From contig CBDDCA010000006.1 of assembly GCA_965226055.1 (NCBI GenBank), forward strand, positions 416,001-480,000: DNA of 64,000 nucleotides, in the 5' to 3' direction. The DNA is from Spirochaetia bacterium (GTDB taxonomy: Bacteria; Spirochaetota; Spirochaetia; WTKD01; G963693115). The translations under genes were made by a program, and so were the position numbers. Below are positions 38,554 through 49,332 of the stretch, piece by piece. Each line of letters starts with the position of its first letter. The first letter of the stretch is position 1. The notes under the pieces are model-generated. The model worked only from the letters and a program-made list of their open reading frames with translations, did not search any database and was not told the origin of the DNA.

Positions 38554-41481
38554 TCATTGTGGAAGATGCTCTATACTATCCCACTCCATTTGAGAAAGAA
38601 AACTTTCATTACATACAGAAGCAAAGCTTGCCGTATGTACAGTCGAAAGAATAGCATTTGCTGCATCAGTTACTTGTTGTTTCGTAAGAGATAACAGAGA
38701 ATCTCGTACTTGTTGACGCAACTGTGCAGTAATACCTGTAAACTGTCGAAATTGAGCCATACGTAATTTACGCAAAGGAGAAAATACTTTTATTGCTTCA
38801 CCTACCGTTCCTACTATCAATGTCGAAAGCATAGATTCTCTAAATTTTCCCTGTGCTGTACTCTCAATACTCTTAAAAAATTCATCATAGCTATCTTTAA
38901 TAGTAGGATCTCTAAAAGTATAAAAATATAATAAGGCCTCTGCCCCTAATAATTGTGTTCCTGCACCATATGCTCCTTGATTCATACGAATATTTTCTAT
39001 TAGTTTTTGAGAAATGATTTTACTTGCTAACTCATACGCTGCATAATGAGGACTAACATACGATACTGTAGGCATCACCATTGCATTAAAAGCCACTTGT
39101 GTTGGATAGGTAAAAGCAAATTTTCCTGCTTTCCCATTCACGCTTGCTGATAAAGCATGCAAAGTATATGCACGAGAAGGCAGTGCTTGATACAAGCTAT
39201 ATAAGGCTTGCTGTACTGTATCAATCTTTTGTTCTTTACATACCAATGTTATACTTAATCGCTCCTTTGTAAATACAGACTGTCGTATATGTTCTAGCTC
39301 TTTCGGATATAGACTAGTATCACTTTTTTCGTTAAGCCATGAATACTGCTTTGTACCGTTCCACTCATCATCTAAAATAGCAGAATACACAAATTGTGAA
39401 CCTGCCTTAATACTTGCATAACTTGTACCTGCATCAGGTAGCCTATTTCGTAATACAGTCTTTCCTTCTGCAACAATTTCATTGAGACGTTTTACACGCG
39501 TGAAATCCAAATCTAATAATAATTCTTTTAAGAGATCTATCACTTGAAGCATTTTATCCTCAAGAAAACTTACTTCAAGAGTAATCATGATCTTTAGTGA
39601 ACCATTAAGATCTACAAGATTTTCCATACTCATAGAGAGTTTCCCTGTGATCCTACGTATCTTGGTAGCTATATCTTCATAACTATGTTTGTTAGTACCT
39701 AAATCAGTACACGATGCAATAAATGTAGGAATAAGATACCGTGCATATTCATTATGTTCTATCAAAGAAGCAATATCAAAATGAAGTGCCATATATATCA
39801 ATCTGTTGCGAGTATTTTCTATCCAATGTATATTGAGAGCATTATCATGTATATGTTTTTCATTCCATACAATAATTTTTTTAGGTAACTCAGCTATACT
39901 TAGTTTTGGAACAGTGGCAAGTACTTCAGGACTGTCTTCTGTATTATTTAAGACATCAATATTTTTTGCAATTAATTTTTTCTCCTCTTTCTCTTCACTG
40001 CTATATGATTGCCATATCTGAGAAAATAATTCTTTTTCCTGTTGCATCTGTATTTGTGTGTACTCTTTTTGGGGACAAGCAAAAGTTGTTATCCGATGTT
40101 CATTGTATACAAGATATTTTTCAGCATATTCTTCAAGATATCGTGTGCCATGCGATGACTGTAACATATTCTTAAAATACAAAAAAGTATTATTTACATC
40201 CGCAAAGTCAAGTGGATTCTGCTGATACACCATCACTCTGGCAAGCTTTGATAGCCATGAAATTTTTCCTGTAGTATTGGTGAGTGCTTCGCGTAAACTA
40301 AACTCTACTCTACTTAATGTTGCATCAATGAAAGATTGAGGAATACCTTCCTGTATTACTTCTTGTAATGATTGTAATATAAATTGTTTTACTTCACTAT
40401 TTTTATCAGGATGAAACCCTGTAAGACCTAAAGTATATGTTAGCTGATGCAAAGATGCCCCCAAGCCAGTGAGAACACTTATATCATCAGCAATACCACT
40501 TTCAAGTAATTTTCTGCGTAACGGAGCTCCCGGTATTCCTACAAGTACCGAATGCAAAAATAAAGCTCGTTGCATTTCAATAGGATCATCATTTTTACCT
40601 AACAACCATGATATATCAACAGTCCCCATTGCTTCCTTATTTTCCTGAGAGAGAGGAACATTGATAAAAACATCTTTATCTAAACATACATGTTTCTGTA
40701 AAGGAGGAATTTCGTAAGAAGGATGTACTTCTTTATTCCAACGAGAAAGAAATTCCTGTTCGATATACACTAAATGTTCTTGTGTAGGAATGTTGCCATA
40801 TAACAGAATTTTTGTATATTCTGGACGATACCATTGTGCATGAAATTCCAAAAATTGCTCATACTGCAATAGAGGAATTTCCTTTGGGTTTCCTCCTGAA
40901 TCAAAGCAATAAAACATATCAGGAAACAACTGCTGATATATAGCTTCCAATAACAGACTGTTTTTATCTGAATAATCTCCTTTCATTTCATTGTATACAA
41001 TACCGTTTGAAGAAGTATTTCTATCAGAAGATTCATTGCCTTGCTCTTTTGTATATTTCTCTTCACTAAGAAGAAAGCCTTCACGATGAAATACCTCTTT
41101 TCTTAAAAGAGGAAACCATACCGCATCCCCATACATATTAAAAAGATTAAAAAAATCAGCTTTTACAGTAGAAGCTCCTACATACAAAGCTCTATCAGGA
41201 TAAGTCATTGCATTGAGATATGTTCGACAGCTTCCCTGCTCAAAATGGAAAAAAGGAGATTTTAGCTGATACCTCTGCGAACCACTTAGCACTGAATGTT
41301 CAAGTATATGAGAAACCCCACTGCTATTAGACGGATAACTAGGAACCGCAAAGACAAAAGCATTTTCTAAGTCATCGTTATGAACATGCAGTATCTCACA
41401 TTTTGTTGTATCATGCATATGATGAGATATTTCTCCGTTTACAAAATTATTATATCGTTTATCAATTAAAGAAAAACTCAC
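38554..41481 (-). CDS. M16C insulinase-family (presequence protease-like) peptidase
   Basis: HILEHSVLSGS, LNAMTYPD, GIVYNEMKG, IRMNQGAYGA. Confidence 0.92.
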   Translation of the reverse strand: MSFSLIDKRYNNFVNGEISHHMHDTTKCEILHVHNDDLENAFVFAVPSYPSNSSGVSHILEHSVLSGSQRYQLKSPFFHFEQGSCRTYLNAMTYPDRALYVGASTVKADFFNLFNMYGDAVWFPLLRKEVFHREGFLLSEEKYTKEQGNESSDRNTSSNGIVYNEMKGDYSDKNSLLLEAIYQQLFPDMFYCFDSGGNPKEIPLLQYEQFLEFHAQWYRPEYTKILLYGNIPTQEHLVYIEQEFLSRWNKEVHPSYEIPPLQKHVCLDKDVFINVPLSQENKEAMGTVDISWLLGKNDDPIEMQRALFLHSVLVGIPGAPLRRKLLESGIADDISVLTGLGASLHQLTYTLGLTGFHPDKNSEVKQFILQSLQEVIQEGIPQSFIDATLSRVEFSLREALTNTTGKISWLSKLARVMVYQQNPLDFADVNNTFLYFKNMLQSSHGTRYLEEYAEKYLVYNEHRITTFACPQKEYTQIQMQQEKELFSQIWQSYSSEEKEEKKLIAKNIDVLNNTEDSPEVLATVPKLSIAELPKKIIVWNEKHIHDNALNIHWIENTRNRLIYMALHFDIASLIEHNEYARYLIPTFIASCTDLGTNKHSYEDIATKIRRITGKLSMSMENLVDLNGSLKIMITLEVSFLEDKMLQVIDLLKELLLDLDFTRVKRLNEIVAEGKTVLRNRLPDAGTSYASIKAGSQFVYSAILDDEWNGTKQYSWLNEKSDTSLYPKELEHIRQSVFTKERLSITLVCKEQKIDTVQQALYSLYQALPSRAYTLHALSASVNGKAGKFAFTYPTQVAFNAMVMPTVSYVSPHYAAYELASKIISQKLIENIRMNQGAYGAGTQLLGAEALLYFYTFRDPTIKDSYDEFFKSIESTAQGKFRESMLSTLIVGTVGEAIKVFSPLRKLRMAQFRQFTGITAQLRQQVRDSLLSLTKQQVTDAANAILSTVHTASFASVCNESFLSQMEWDSIEHLPQ

Positions 41482-41503
41482 ACAGACCTCTTTTCATTTT
41501 GTA

Positions 41504-42667
41504 TTACCATTCTGCAACACTCCCATCTAAGTTATGCCATATTGGATTACTCCATTCATGAGGAGTCTTACTTCGCTCTTCTATAAGCTCTTCATTCATT
41601 GTTACGCCTAAACCATGTCCTTCTGGTACTGCAACATATCCATTTTCTATTTTTAATACTTCTTTATTTTTTACATAATCTACTACTTCGGCTTTCCCTT
41701 CTGTATTATAATGAATGCCACCACTTTGCTCCTGTATTAGCATATTATACACTGCTGCATCTACATGTAATGCCGACATTAAAGCAATAGGGCCAAGTGG
41801 ACAATGCAGCGCTATCTGTACATCATACACATCGGCAAGAGTAGCAATACGTACACATTCACTAATACCACCCGCATGAGAAATATCTGGTTGCACAATA
41901 TTTACAAAACCTCTTTCAAGTAACTCTCTAAAATCATATTTTGTAAAAAGTCTTTCTCCCGTAGCAATAGGGATAGTACTTACAGGAACTATTTCAGGAA
42001 GCATATGTAAGTATTCTGGTAATATTGGTTCTTCTACAAAAAATGGATGATATACTTCCAATTCTTTTAGCAATATTTTCGCCATTGATTTATGAACTCT
42101 CCCATGAAAATCAATAGCTATATCAAAAGAAGTACCTACCGCAGTACGTACTGCATCCACTCGCTGCAATATAGTATCAATAGTACGAAAGGAATCTATA
42201 TACTCCAGCTTGCCACAGCCATTCATTTTTATTGCATTATGTCCATGTTTTTTTACTTCTAAAGCTTGTGCCGCTGTTTCTTCTGGACTATGGGGACTAT
42301 CTCCTCCTATCCATGAATATACCCGTATCTTCTTTCTACAAGGACCTCCCAATAGTGCATGTACTGGAGCTCCTACATATTTTCCCTTTATATCCCACAG
42401 AGCTTGATTGACTCCTGCAATGGCACTCATTAAAATAGCTCCTCCTCGATAAAAACTGCCTCGATACATTGTTTGCCAAATATGTTCTATTTCTAATGGG
42501 TTCATGCCTATTAATTGAGATTCATACTCCTGTAAAGCTGCTTGTACTGTTCTTGCTTTCCCTTCAATCACAGGTTCTCCCCATCCTATTATTCCTTCAT
42601 CTGTTTCTACTTTAAGAAACAACCATCGAGGAGGCACTAGATATGTTTGCAATTTTGTTATCTTCAT
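41504..42667 (-). CDS. dgoD: Galactonate dehydratase-like enolase-superfamily enzyme
   Basis: VPPRWLFLK, FYRGG, DFHGRVH, ALHCPLGP, DGSVAEW. Confidence 0.9.
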   Translation of the reverse strand: MKITKLQTYLVPPRWLFLKVETDEGIIGWGEPVIEGKARTVQAALQEYESQLIGMNPLEIEHIWQTMYRGSFYRGGAILMSAIAGVNQALWDIKGKYVGAPVHALLGGPCRKKIRVYSWIGGDSPHSPEETAAQALEVKKHGHNAIKMNGCGKLEYIDSFRTIDTILQRVDAVRTAVGTSFDIAIDFHGRVHKSMAKILLKELEVYHPFFVEEPILPEYLHMLPEIVPVSTIPIATGERLFTKYDFRELLERGFVNIVQPDISHAGGISECVRIATLADVYDVQIALHCPLGPIALMSALHVDAAVYNMLIQEQSGGIHYNTEGKAEVVDYVKNKEVLKIENGYVAVPEGHGLGVTMNEELIEERSKTPHEWSNPIWHNLDGSVAEW

Positions 42668-42678
42668 ATTATGTAGAC

Positions 42679-44022
42679 TTAGTTTTGTAACAGTGAAGGC
42701 AGAAATAATGTAATAGCAGGAAAAAAGAGTATTAAGAGTAACACCATAATTTGCATAATAATATACGGAAGCACCGAAGCAAATATATCCATCAAAGTGA
42801 TTCCTTTTGGAGCAACACTATGTAAGTAAAATGCACCTGGACCAAACGGAGGAGAAAGAAATGATATTTGCATATTAACACAAAATAGTATCCCAAACCA
42901 TACAAGATCATAGCCCATTGCCTGCACTATTGGTACAAAAATAGGAATAGTAAGCATAGCAATGCCTATCCAATCCATAAACATACCAAGCAGAATCAAA
43001 ATGAACATCATAAAAATAATAATGGCAAGTGGAGGCCATCCAAGTCCAAACAGTAAATTTTCTATAAACTTACTGCCTCCAATCAGGTTATATGCTCCTA
43101 CAAGAATATACGCTCCTATCCCTATCCACATAATCATCCCACATGTTTGTAAAGTGGTATACAAAGATTCCTTTATCACCTTTACGTTCAACTCTCTTCT
43201 ATAAAGCGCAATAATCATTACTGCTACTACTCCTACACTGGCTGCTTCCGTTACCGAAGCTATCCCCATATAAATGCTACCAAGTAAACATACAGCAATA
43301 ATCCCTGGCAAGATAATATCTCGTATAGCCCGTCTTTTCTGACTAGAAGAAATAGGGTTTGCTCGTATCTCTTCTTTTGATACACTAGGTACTTCATCTG
43401 GATAGAGAAAACTATATATAACTATATATACTATGTATAATCCAGCAAGAATAAACGCAGGAATAAAAGCTGCACTAAACAATTTTCCTATAGATACAGA
43501 AGCAGTAAGACCATAAATAATAAGTACAATACTAGGAGGCACCATTGTCCCTAAAGCGCCACTTGAAACACAAGTACCAATAGCAAGTTTTTTATTGTAT
43601 CCTAAACGTAGCATTTGGGGTAATGCAAGCATCCCTAGCAATACTGTTTCTCCTCCAATAATACCAGAAATAGCAGCTAAAAAAACTCCTATGATAACAG
43701 TTTGTATAGCCACGCCCCCCTTTAAGCTTCTTGTAAAGAGCCACATTGCATTATATAAATCCTTTGCTATGCCTGTTTTATCCAATAAAGTAGCCATAAA
43801 GACAAACATAGGAACTGCCAGTAAAGAATATGTATTCATAAAACCATATACACGGTTTGCTATCAATGACAGTGTATCAAAAGAGAACCACCCTATTGTC
43901 AAAACAATAGAGATTATCCCTGTAAGAAACGCTAGAGGTACCCTACTGGACAAAAGAATCAACATTGCTCCAAACACAAGTAATGTTACAGGAGCTATCC
44001 CTAATGTACTCAATCCTAGCAT
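42679..44022 (-). CDS. dctM: TRAP transporter large permease
   Basis: LLAVPMFVFM, GTMVPPS, SPPFG; many TM helices. Confidence 0.93.
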   Translation of the reverse strand: MLGLSTLGIAPVTLLVFGAMLILLSSRVPLAFLTGIISIVLTIGWFSFDTLSLIANRVYGFMNTYSLLAVPMFVFMATLLDKTGIAKDLYNAMWLFTRSLKGGVAIQTVIIGVFLAAISGIIGGETVLLGMLALPQMLRLGYNKKLAIGTCVSSGALGTMVPPSIVLIIYGLTASVSIGKLFSAAFIPAFILAGLYIVYIVIYSFLYPDEVPSVSKEEIRANPISSSQKRRAIRDIILPGIIAVCLLGSIYMGIASVTEAASVGVVAVMIIALYRRELNVKVIKESLYTTLQTCGMIMWIGIGAYILVGAYNLIGGSKFIENLLFGLGWPPLAIIIFMMFILILLGMFMDWIGIAMLTIPIFVPIVQAMGYDLVWFGILFCVNMQISFLSPPFGPGAFYLHSVAPKGITLMDIFASVLPYIIMQIMVLLLILFFPAITLFLPSLLQN

Positions 44023-44026
44023 GATA

Positions 44027-44563
44027 TTATTTTTCCATTGCTTGTGAACGAGAAGAAGTACATTCTTTTATTTTTGTTATCACATGAGCAGTTATCAGCA
44101 CTATGAAAAGCAGAAGAAAAATACTCATAGAAAATTTTATGATACTAGGAAACACAGAATTCCATGAAGATCCTGATCGCTCTAATCGTATATCTCCAGC
44201 AGGAGAAAAGAATGCAGATTTTGTTATAATAACAGTTGATACCCATAATAAAATGACATAAAACAATGCAATCACATCAGCTAACAATGAAAAGATATAC
44301 TGAACTTTCTTTGGAAATAAATCCACTATTACTGATACCGAGATATGCTTATCTTTTGCATATGCATACACTCCTCCATATAACATTACTATTGCAGCCA
44401 AAGATAATGTTGTTTCATGTACCCAGATAGTAGGACGATTAAAAACATATCTCATAAATACTTCATACACAGACAATAGTACAATAACAAGATATACCCA
44501 CGATAATCCTTTTCCAATTAAAATAACAAAAGCATTGATACGTTCTTTTAACGTATATTTCAT
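44027..44563 (-). CDS. dctQ: TRAP transporter small permease
   Basis: RYVFNRPTIWVHE, HISV; four TM helices. Confidence 0.9.
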   Translation of the reverse strand: MKYTLKERINAFVILIGKGLSWVYLVIVLLSVYEVFMRYVFNRPTIWVHETTLSLAAIVMLYGGVYAYAKDKHISVSVIVDLFPKKVQYIFSLLADVIALFYVILLWVSTVIITKSAFFSPAGDIRLERSGSSWNSVFPSIIKFSMSIFLLLFIVLITAHVITKIKECTSSRSQAMEK

Positions 44564-45627
44564 TTACGTATCATTCCTTGATTTTGTAAATACTCCACAA
44601 CAGTATCATAGTATTTTTTTGCCATAGGAGATTGGGCTGCAGCTTTCACCCATAATTGGGCTGCAACTTCACGCACTTTTTGAATTTCTTCGGCACTCCA
44701 AGATACAATGGTACTATTTTTTTCTTTTGCTTCTCTGACTGCAGATTTATCTGCATCTTGATGTATAAGTAAAAAATTCTCGCTATAGTATGCTCCAGCA
44801 GCTTTTAAGATTGCTTTTAAGTCATCAGGAAGTGAATCAAATATTTTTTTGTTCATAGTAAGCTGGTTTGCAGGAGTAGAATGCCATCCCGGATATATTG
44901 GATACTTTCCAATATCATTCATGCCTTGAGCTTGGTTTCTTGCAAATATACTGTAATCAGAGGCATCTATCACTCCCTTTTCTAAAGAGGTATATACTTC
45001 TGATCCCGGAAGATTTACTGGCGAAGCACCGAGGCTACGGAACAAATCCTGTACTAACCCTTCTGGAGCTCTTAATTTTACTCCCTGTAAATCACTGATA
45101 TTTTTTATAGGTTTCTTAGATACAAATGCTTCTGTACCTACTGTGCTGACACTTAATAACTCCACTCCATAACTATTGAGCAATTCATTATAAATCTTAA
45201 ATCCTCCCCCATAATATATAAACCGAATAAAATCCCATGGACTACTCCATGCTCCTATTAAATTTCCTATAAGAGAAAAAGCAGCGTCTTTTCCACTAAA
45301 ATAAGAGGGATCAGTAATATCTCCCTGTATAATATTAGCTCCTACTGCCTCTAACGTTTGATTATGTTCTACGACCGAACCTGCTCCTGTAACTTGAATT
45401 TTTATTCTTCCATTTGACGCTTGGTATACTAAATCTGCCCATGCTTCTTGTGCCTTAAATGCAATTTCTCCTGCCTGATCAGATGACTGGAATACCCACT
45501 CATACTGTGGTGTATCCATTTGTTTTTTTGATGACTGATCTTCGTTCTTACTTGTATTACTACAAGACAATATCACACTGCTATACAAAAACAGTACCAT
45601 TATTACAATACTATACTTTTTTTTCAT
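44560..45627 (-). CDS. dctP: TRAP substrate-binding lipoprotein
   Basis: Lipobox ILS-C, DLQGVKLR, EVYTSLEKGVID. Confidence 0.92.
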   Translation of the reverse strand: MKKKYSIVIMVLFLYSSVILSCSNTSKNEDQSSKKQMDTPQYEWVFQSSDQAGEIAFKAQEAWADLVYQASNGRIKIQVTGAGSVVEHNQTLEAVGANIIQGDITDPSYFSGKDAAFSLIGNLIGAWSSPWDFIRFIYYGGGFKIYNELLNSYGVELLSVSTVGTEAFVSKKPIKNISDLQGVKLRAPEGLVQDLFRSLGASPVNLPGSEVYTSLEKGVIDASDYSIFARNQAQGMNDIGKYPIYPGWHSTPANQLTMNKKIFDSLPDDLKAILKAAGAYYSENFLLIHQDADKSAVREAKEKNSTIVSWSAEEIQKVREVAAQLWVKAAAQSPMAKKYYDTVVEYLQNQGMIRK

Positions 45628-45677
45628 TGTAAAGCCTCCTCATTAATAATTTTAGTATATTGAAATATTTTTTACTT

Positions 45678-47648
45678 TTATAGTAACGACATTACTTTTT
45701 TCGCTACACTCTTTCCTTCTAAACCAAAATATACTTTCACTTCATTGGCAGGGCCACACACTCCAAACCCTTCTATCCCGATATGCCCTATCGGACGCAA
45801 AGAATCCCATCCCATAGGAGTAGCGGCTTCACATATAACCACTTGAGAATTTTTTGGAATAATACCTTCTTTCCATTGTTTATCTTGCTCATCATACAGT
45901 TCTTTACACAGCATTGAAACAACCTGTGCTTTTTTTCCTTGTACTAAAAGCTCTTTTGCTGCATCAAGAGCAACAGATACTTCACTTCCTGTAGCAACAA
46001 AAGTAACATCAGCTTTTTTCTGTGCTTGAATAACATACGCTCCTTTCATTGCATCTTTCTCCCATCCTTTTGGTTTTTGAAACACTTCTAAATTCTGACG
46101 TGTAAATAATAAGGCATTTGGATCTTTTTTCTTTGTAAGAGCAATTTTCCAAGCAATCACCGATTCTTGAGCATCTGCAGGACGAAATACTCTTAGATGT
46201 GGAATAAGACGTAACGATGGAGCATGCTCTACTGGTTGATGTGTTGGACCATCTTCTCCTACAAAAATTGAATCATGCGTAAACACAAATATTGAAGGAA
46301 TACGCATAATAGCAGCAAGTCGCAATGCTGGTCGCATATAATCAGCAAACACTAAAAAGGTAGCCCCAAATGCACGTAAGCCTCCATGTAAGGTAATACC
46401 ATTTACTATGGCTCCCATAGCATGTTCTCGTACTCCATAATGTAACATACGTCCCTGTGGACTTGAAGCAAAAAAGCTCTGCTTTGATGGCATCTTAGTG
46501 TTGTTTGAAGGCTCTAAATCAGCAGAACCTCCTGTAAAAAAATCTACCGTCTCTGATATTGCTTGTATACATGCTCCATTTGCTTTACGAGTTGCTAATA
46601 CATCTCCTTCTTTGTATTTCGGCCATTTAATCGATCCTGTTTTCGATTGCATAAAAGAGTCCCATTCTTTCCCAAGATCAGGATCTTCTTTTTTCAATGA
46701 ATCTATCATTTCGTTCCATTCATTTTCTTTGTTAGCTCTTCGTTCTAATTGAGAAGCAAAATAGTTTGTTGCTTCAGGATGAATATAAAATTTTACTTTT
46801 GGATCTACGCCCATTTTTTCTTTCATACGCTCAATTTCATCTGCAGCAAGGGGAGCACCATGTACTTTTGCTGTTCCTTGAGATTCAGGAGCTCCTTTCC
46901 CAATAATTGATTTACATATAATCACAGTTGGATGAGTGGTATCTTGCTTTGCTTCTGCTATAGATCTGCGCAAGCTATCGTAATCATGTGCATTTGAATT
47001 AAGCACTTGCCATTTATATGCCTTAAACCGTGCCGCAACATTTTCAGTAAACGCAAGATCAGTAGAGCCTTCAATACTTATACTGTTCGAATCATAAAAT
47101 ACGATAAGTTTTCCTAACTCTAAATGTCCTGCAAGCGACGCTGCCTCTGACGTAATACCTTCCATCATACAACCATCTCCTGCTACTGCATAGGTATAAT
47201 GATCCACAACTTTTGCACTTTTATTAAATTTATCTGCAAGCATACGCTCAGCTATTGCCATACCTACGCTGTTTGCAAACCCTGCTCCTAAAGGACCTGT
47301 AGTTGTTTCTATTCCTACAGTATGTCCGTACTCAGGATGCCCTGGTGTTTTAGAACCAAGCTGCCTAAACTTTTTTAACTGAGCTAAAGAGAGTGCATAT
47401 CCACTAAGATGAAGTAAGCTGTACTGCCACATAGACCCGTGTCCAGCGGAAAGCACTAACCGATCTCTATCTTCCCACTTAGGATTTTTTGGATTGTATT
47501 TCATCACCTCAGCAAAAAGTAATGCTCCTAACTCTGCTAAACCAAGCGGCAATCCCGGATGCCCTGAGTTTGCTTCTCTTGTTGCGTCTGCAGACAACAT
47601 ACGTACAGACATTGCTATTGCATCTAATACTTCATTACTCGTATTCAT
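45678..47648 (-). CDS. tkt: Transketolase
   Basis: SGHPG, GDGCMMEG, THDSIFVGEDGPTHQPVE. Confidence 0.97.
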   Translation of the reverse strand: MNTSNEVLDAIAMSVRMLSADATREANSGHPGLPLGLAELGALLFAEVMKYNPKNPKWEDRDRLVLSAGHGSMWQYSLLHLSGYALSLAQLKKFRQLGSKTPGHPEYGHTVGIETTTGPLGAGFANSVGMAIAERMLADKFNKSAKVVDHYTYAVAGDGCMMEGITSEAASLAGHLELGKLIVFYDSNSISIEGSTDLAFTENVAARFKAYKWQVLNSNAHDYDSLRRSIAEAKQDTTHPTVIICKSIIGKGAPESQGTAKVHGAPLAADEIERMKEKMGVDPKVKFYIHPEATNYFASQLERRANKENEWNEMIDSLKKEDPDLGKEWDSFMQSKTGSIKWPKYKEGDVLATRKANGACIQAISETVDFFTGGSADLEPSNNTKMPSKQSFFASSPQGRMLHYGVREHAMGAIVNGITLHGGLRAFGATFLVFADYMRPALRLAAIMRIPSIFVFTHDSIFVGEDGPTHQPVEHAPSLRLIPHLRVFRPADAQESVIAWKIALTKKKDPNALLFTRQNLEVFQKPKGWEKDAMKGAYVIQAQKKADVTFVATGSEVSVALDAAKELLVQGKKAQVVSMLCKELYDEQDKQWKEGIIPKNSQVVICEAATPMGWDSLRPIGHIGIEGFGVCGPANEVKVYFGLEGKSVAKKVMSLL

Positions 47649-47774
47649 ATTTCCTCCTCATATTTCAAAAAATAATGCCACTGACTTTTGTTTTATTGCA
47701 ACATAATCAGTGTGATGTATGATGTATTCTATATTATAGTATACACTAATATACGATATTACTCATATATAAAA

Positions 47775-48815
47775 TTATATTACCCCTAATATACTTTCTT
47801 CCACTTTTTTAATTTGCGCTCTATATAGCTGTAAAATATTTGTTCCATAATTGGCAATAAGCTGAATCATATTTCGTTGATTTGTACTTGTATCAACACC
47901 ATTTATTCTATCACCAGCATCTCCCAAACCAGGAAGAATATATGCCTTATCATTCATTGCTGGATCAACCCATAATGTGTATATATCTATATTGCTTTGG
48001 TATTGAAACACCTGTAAGGCTCCCTGTAAAGAAGTGATAATATGCAATAGTTTGACCGAACGAGGAGTGATATTATGTTGCTCAAAATATTTTAAGATAG
48101 TAAGAATACTTCCCCCTGTCGCATTCATAGGATCGGCAATAATCAAATCTTTGTCTTGTAAACTTGCTACATCAAAAAACGACTGCTTATCATTGAGTGC
48201 GTACTTGAGCGGCTGATCTTTATGCTCTACACGAGATATACGAAACAAAGCATAATCTGGCACATAGCCTTCTGATGAATATTCTTGAATTTCCTTTCCA
48301 ATAATAAGCGAGGGTAGCAAAGCTCCACGCAATAACACACACATGGTAGTATTATGGAGAGGTTTATCAAAGTTTGGAATTTTATGAACTGCATAATTTT
48401 GTATAGGATCGTTTACTGGAGTACTTATCACAAAGTTATTTTTTTGTTGCTTTATATTTTCGGCAAAGGCAAAAGAAAATAAAAATTCAAAAGCACGTTG
48501 CGTATAATACATAAACTCACTATTTTGTGTACGCATATCTCGTAACTTTGCCACCACTCGTGAAATAGGACCATGATTTTGCAATGGCTGATCAAAACTA
48601 TATACATGAATACGTTGTTTGTTTACAAGAAATTCTTGTAAACGATGCCCTATGCTATTGTAACTGGAAATTAAAAATGTCTTTCTTTCACTTTCATCTT
48701 TTATAGACTCTGCTTCTTGCAACATATGTACATATAAATCTTCAATTTCTTGCACTATTTTTTGATCATCATTGTGCAGTTTTTTTATGACTTCATGAGC
48801 ATTACATAAAAACAT
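47775..48815 (-). CDS. upp: Uracil phosphoribosyltransferase (long form)
   Basis: LLRGAL, IIADPMNATGGS, YILPGLGDAGDR. Confidence 0.88.
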   Translation of the reverse strand: MFLCNAHEVIKKLHNDDQKIVQEIEDLYVHMLQEAESIKDESERKTFLISSYNSIGHRLQEFLVNKQRIHVYSFDQPLQNHGPISRVVAKLRDMRTQNSEFMYYTQRAFEFLFSFAFAENIKQQKNNFVISTPVNDPIQNYAVHKIPNFDKPLHNTTMCVLLRGALLPSLIIGKEIQEYSSEGYVPDYALFRISRVEHKDQPLKYALNDKQSFFDVASLQDKDLIIADPMNATGGSILTILKYFEQHNITPRSVKLLHIITSLQGALQVFQYQSNIDIYTLWVDPAMNDKAYILPGLGDAGDRINGVDTSTNQRNMIQLIANYGTNILQLYRAQIKKVEESILGVI

Positions 48816-48835
48816 AGCTACTTCTCCCCATATAT

Positions 48836-49276
48836 TTACTCTTTCTTATATAATCGATTCTTAAAAAGCAAGGCTTCAGGCAGTGATCGACAGAACATAA
48901 TATCATGTGCGTATAACCACAGTGTAGCTCCCTCATGATATACCTTGTACCATATAAATCCAATAGTTTCTTTACTTTGTTGTATTTCAGTATCATGTTC
49001 TATTACAGAAAGAATATCTCCTCTGCGAAATACCGCTTTCACACTTTTACTACTATCACGACTTGCAAAAGCACGTGCATATGTGTCTTTCACAAGAATA
49101 TGAGTATACTGTGTGTCAAACAACGAGGGAGAAATAAGATCAATAGATCGTGATTCTTGCTGTTGCATACAAGATAAAAATGCCATACTTATGAATGAGA
49201 GAAAGACAAAAGAAGCACTATAATACCGTATAAGAAAAAAAAATTGATATTGAGAATGCAGTGTCTTTATACTCAC
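48836..49276 (-). CDS. Hypothetical lipoprotein with SH3-like domain
   Basis: FLS-C lipobox; RRGDILSV...WYKV pattern. Confidence 0.6.
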   Translation of the reverse strand: MSIKTLHSQYQFFFLIRYYSASFVFLSFISMAFLSCMQQQESRSIDLISPSLFDTQYTHILVKDTYARAFASRDSSKSVKAVFRRGDILSVIEHDTEIQQSKETIGFIWYKVYHEGATLWLYAHDIMFCRSLPEALLFKNRLYKKE

Positions 49277-49332
49277 TCTGTATAGTATAGCATGTTATGA
49301 GAGAAAGGGAGGGCTACTACAGTAATGCACTA

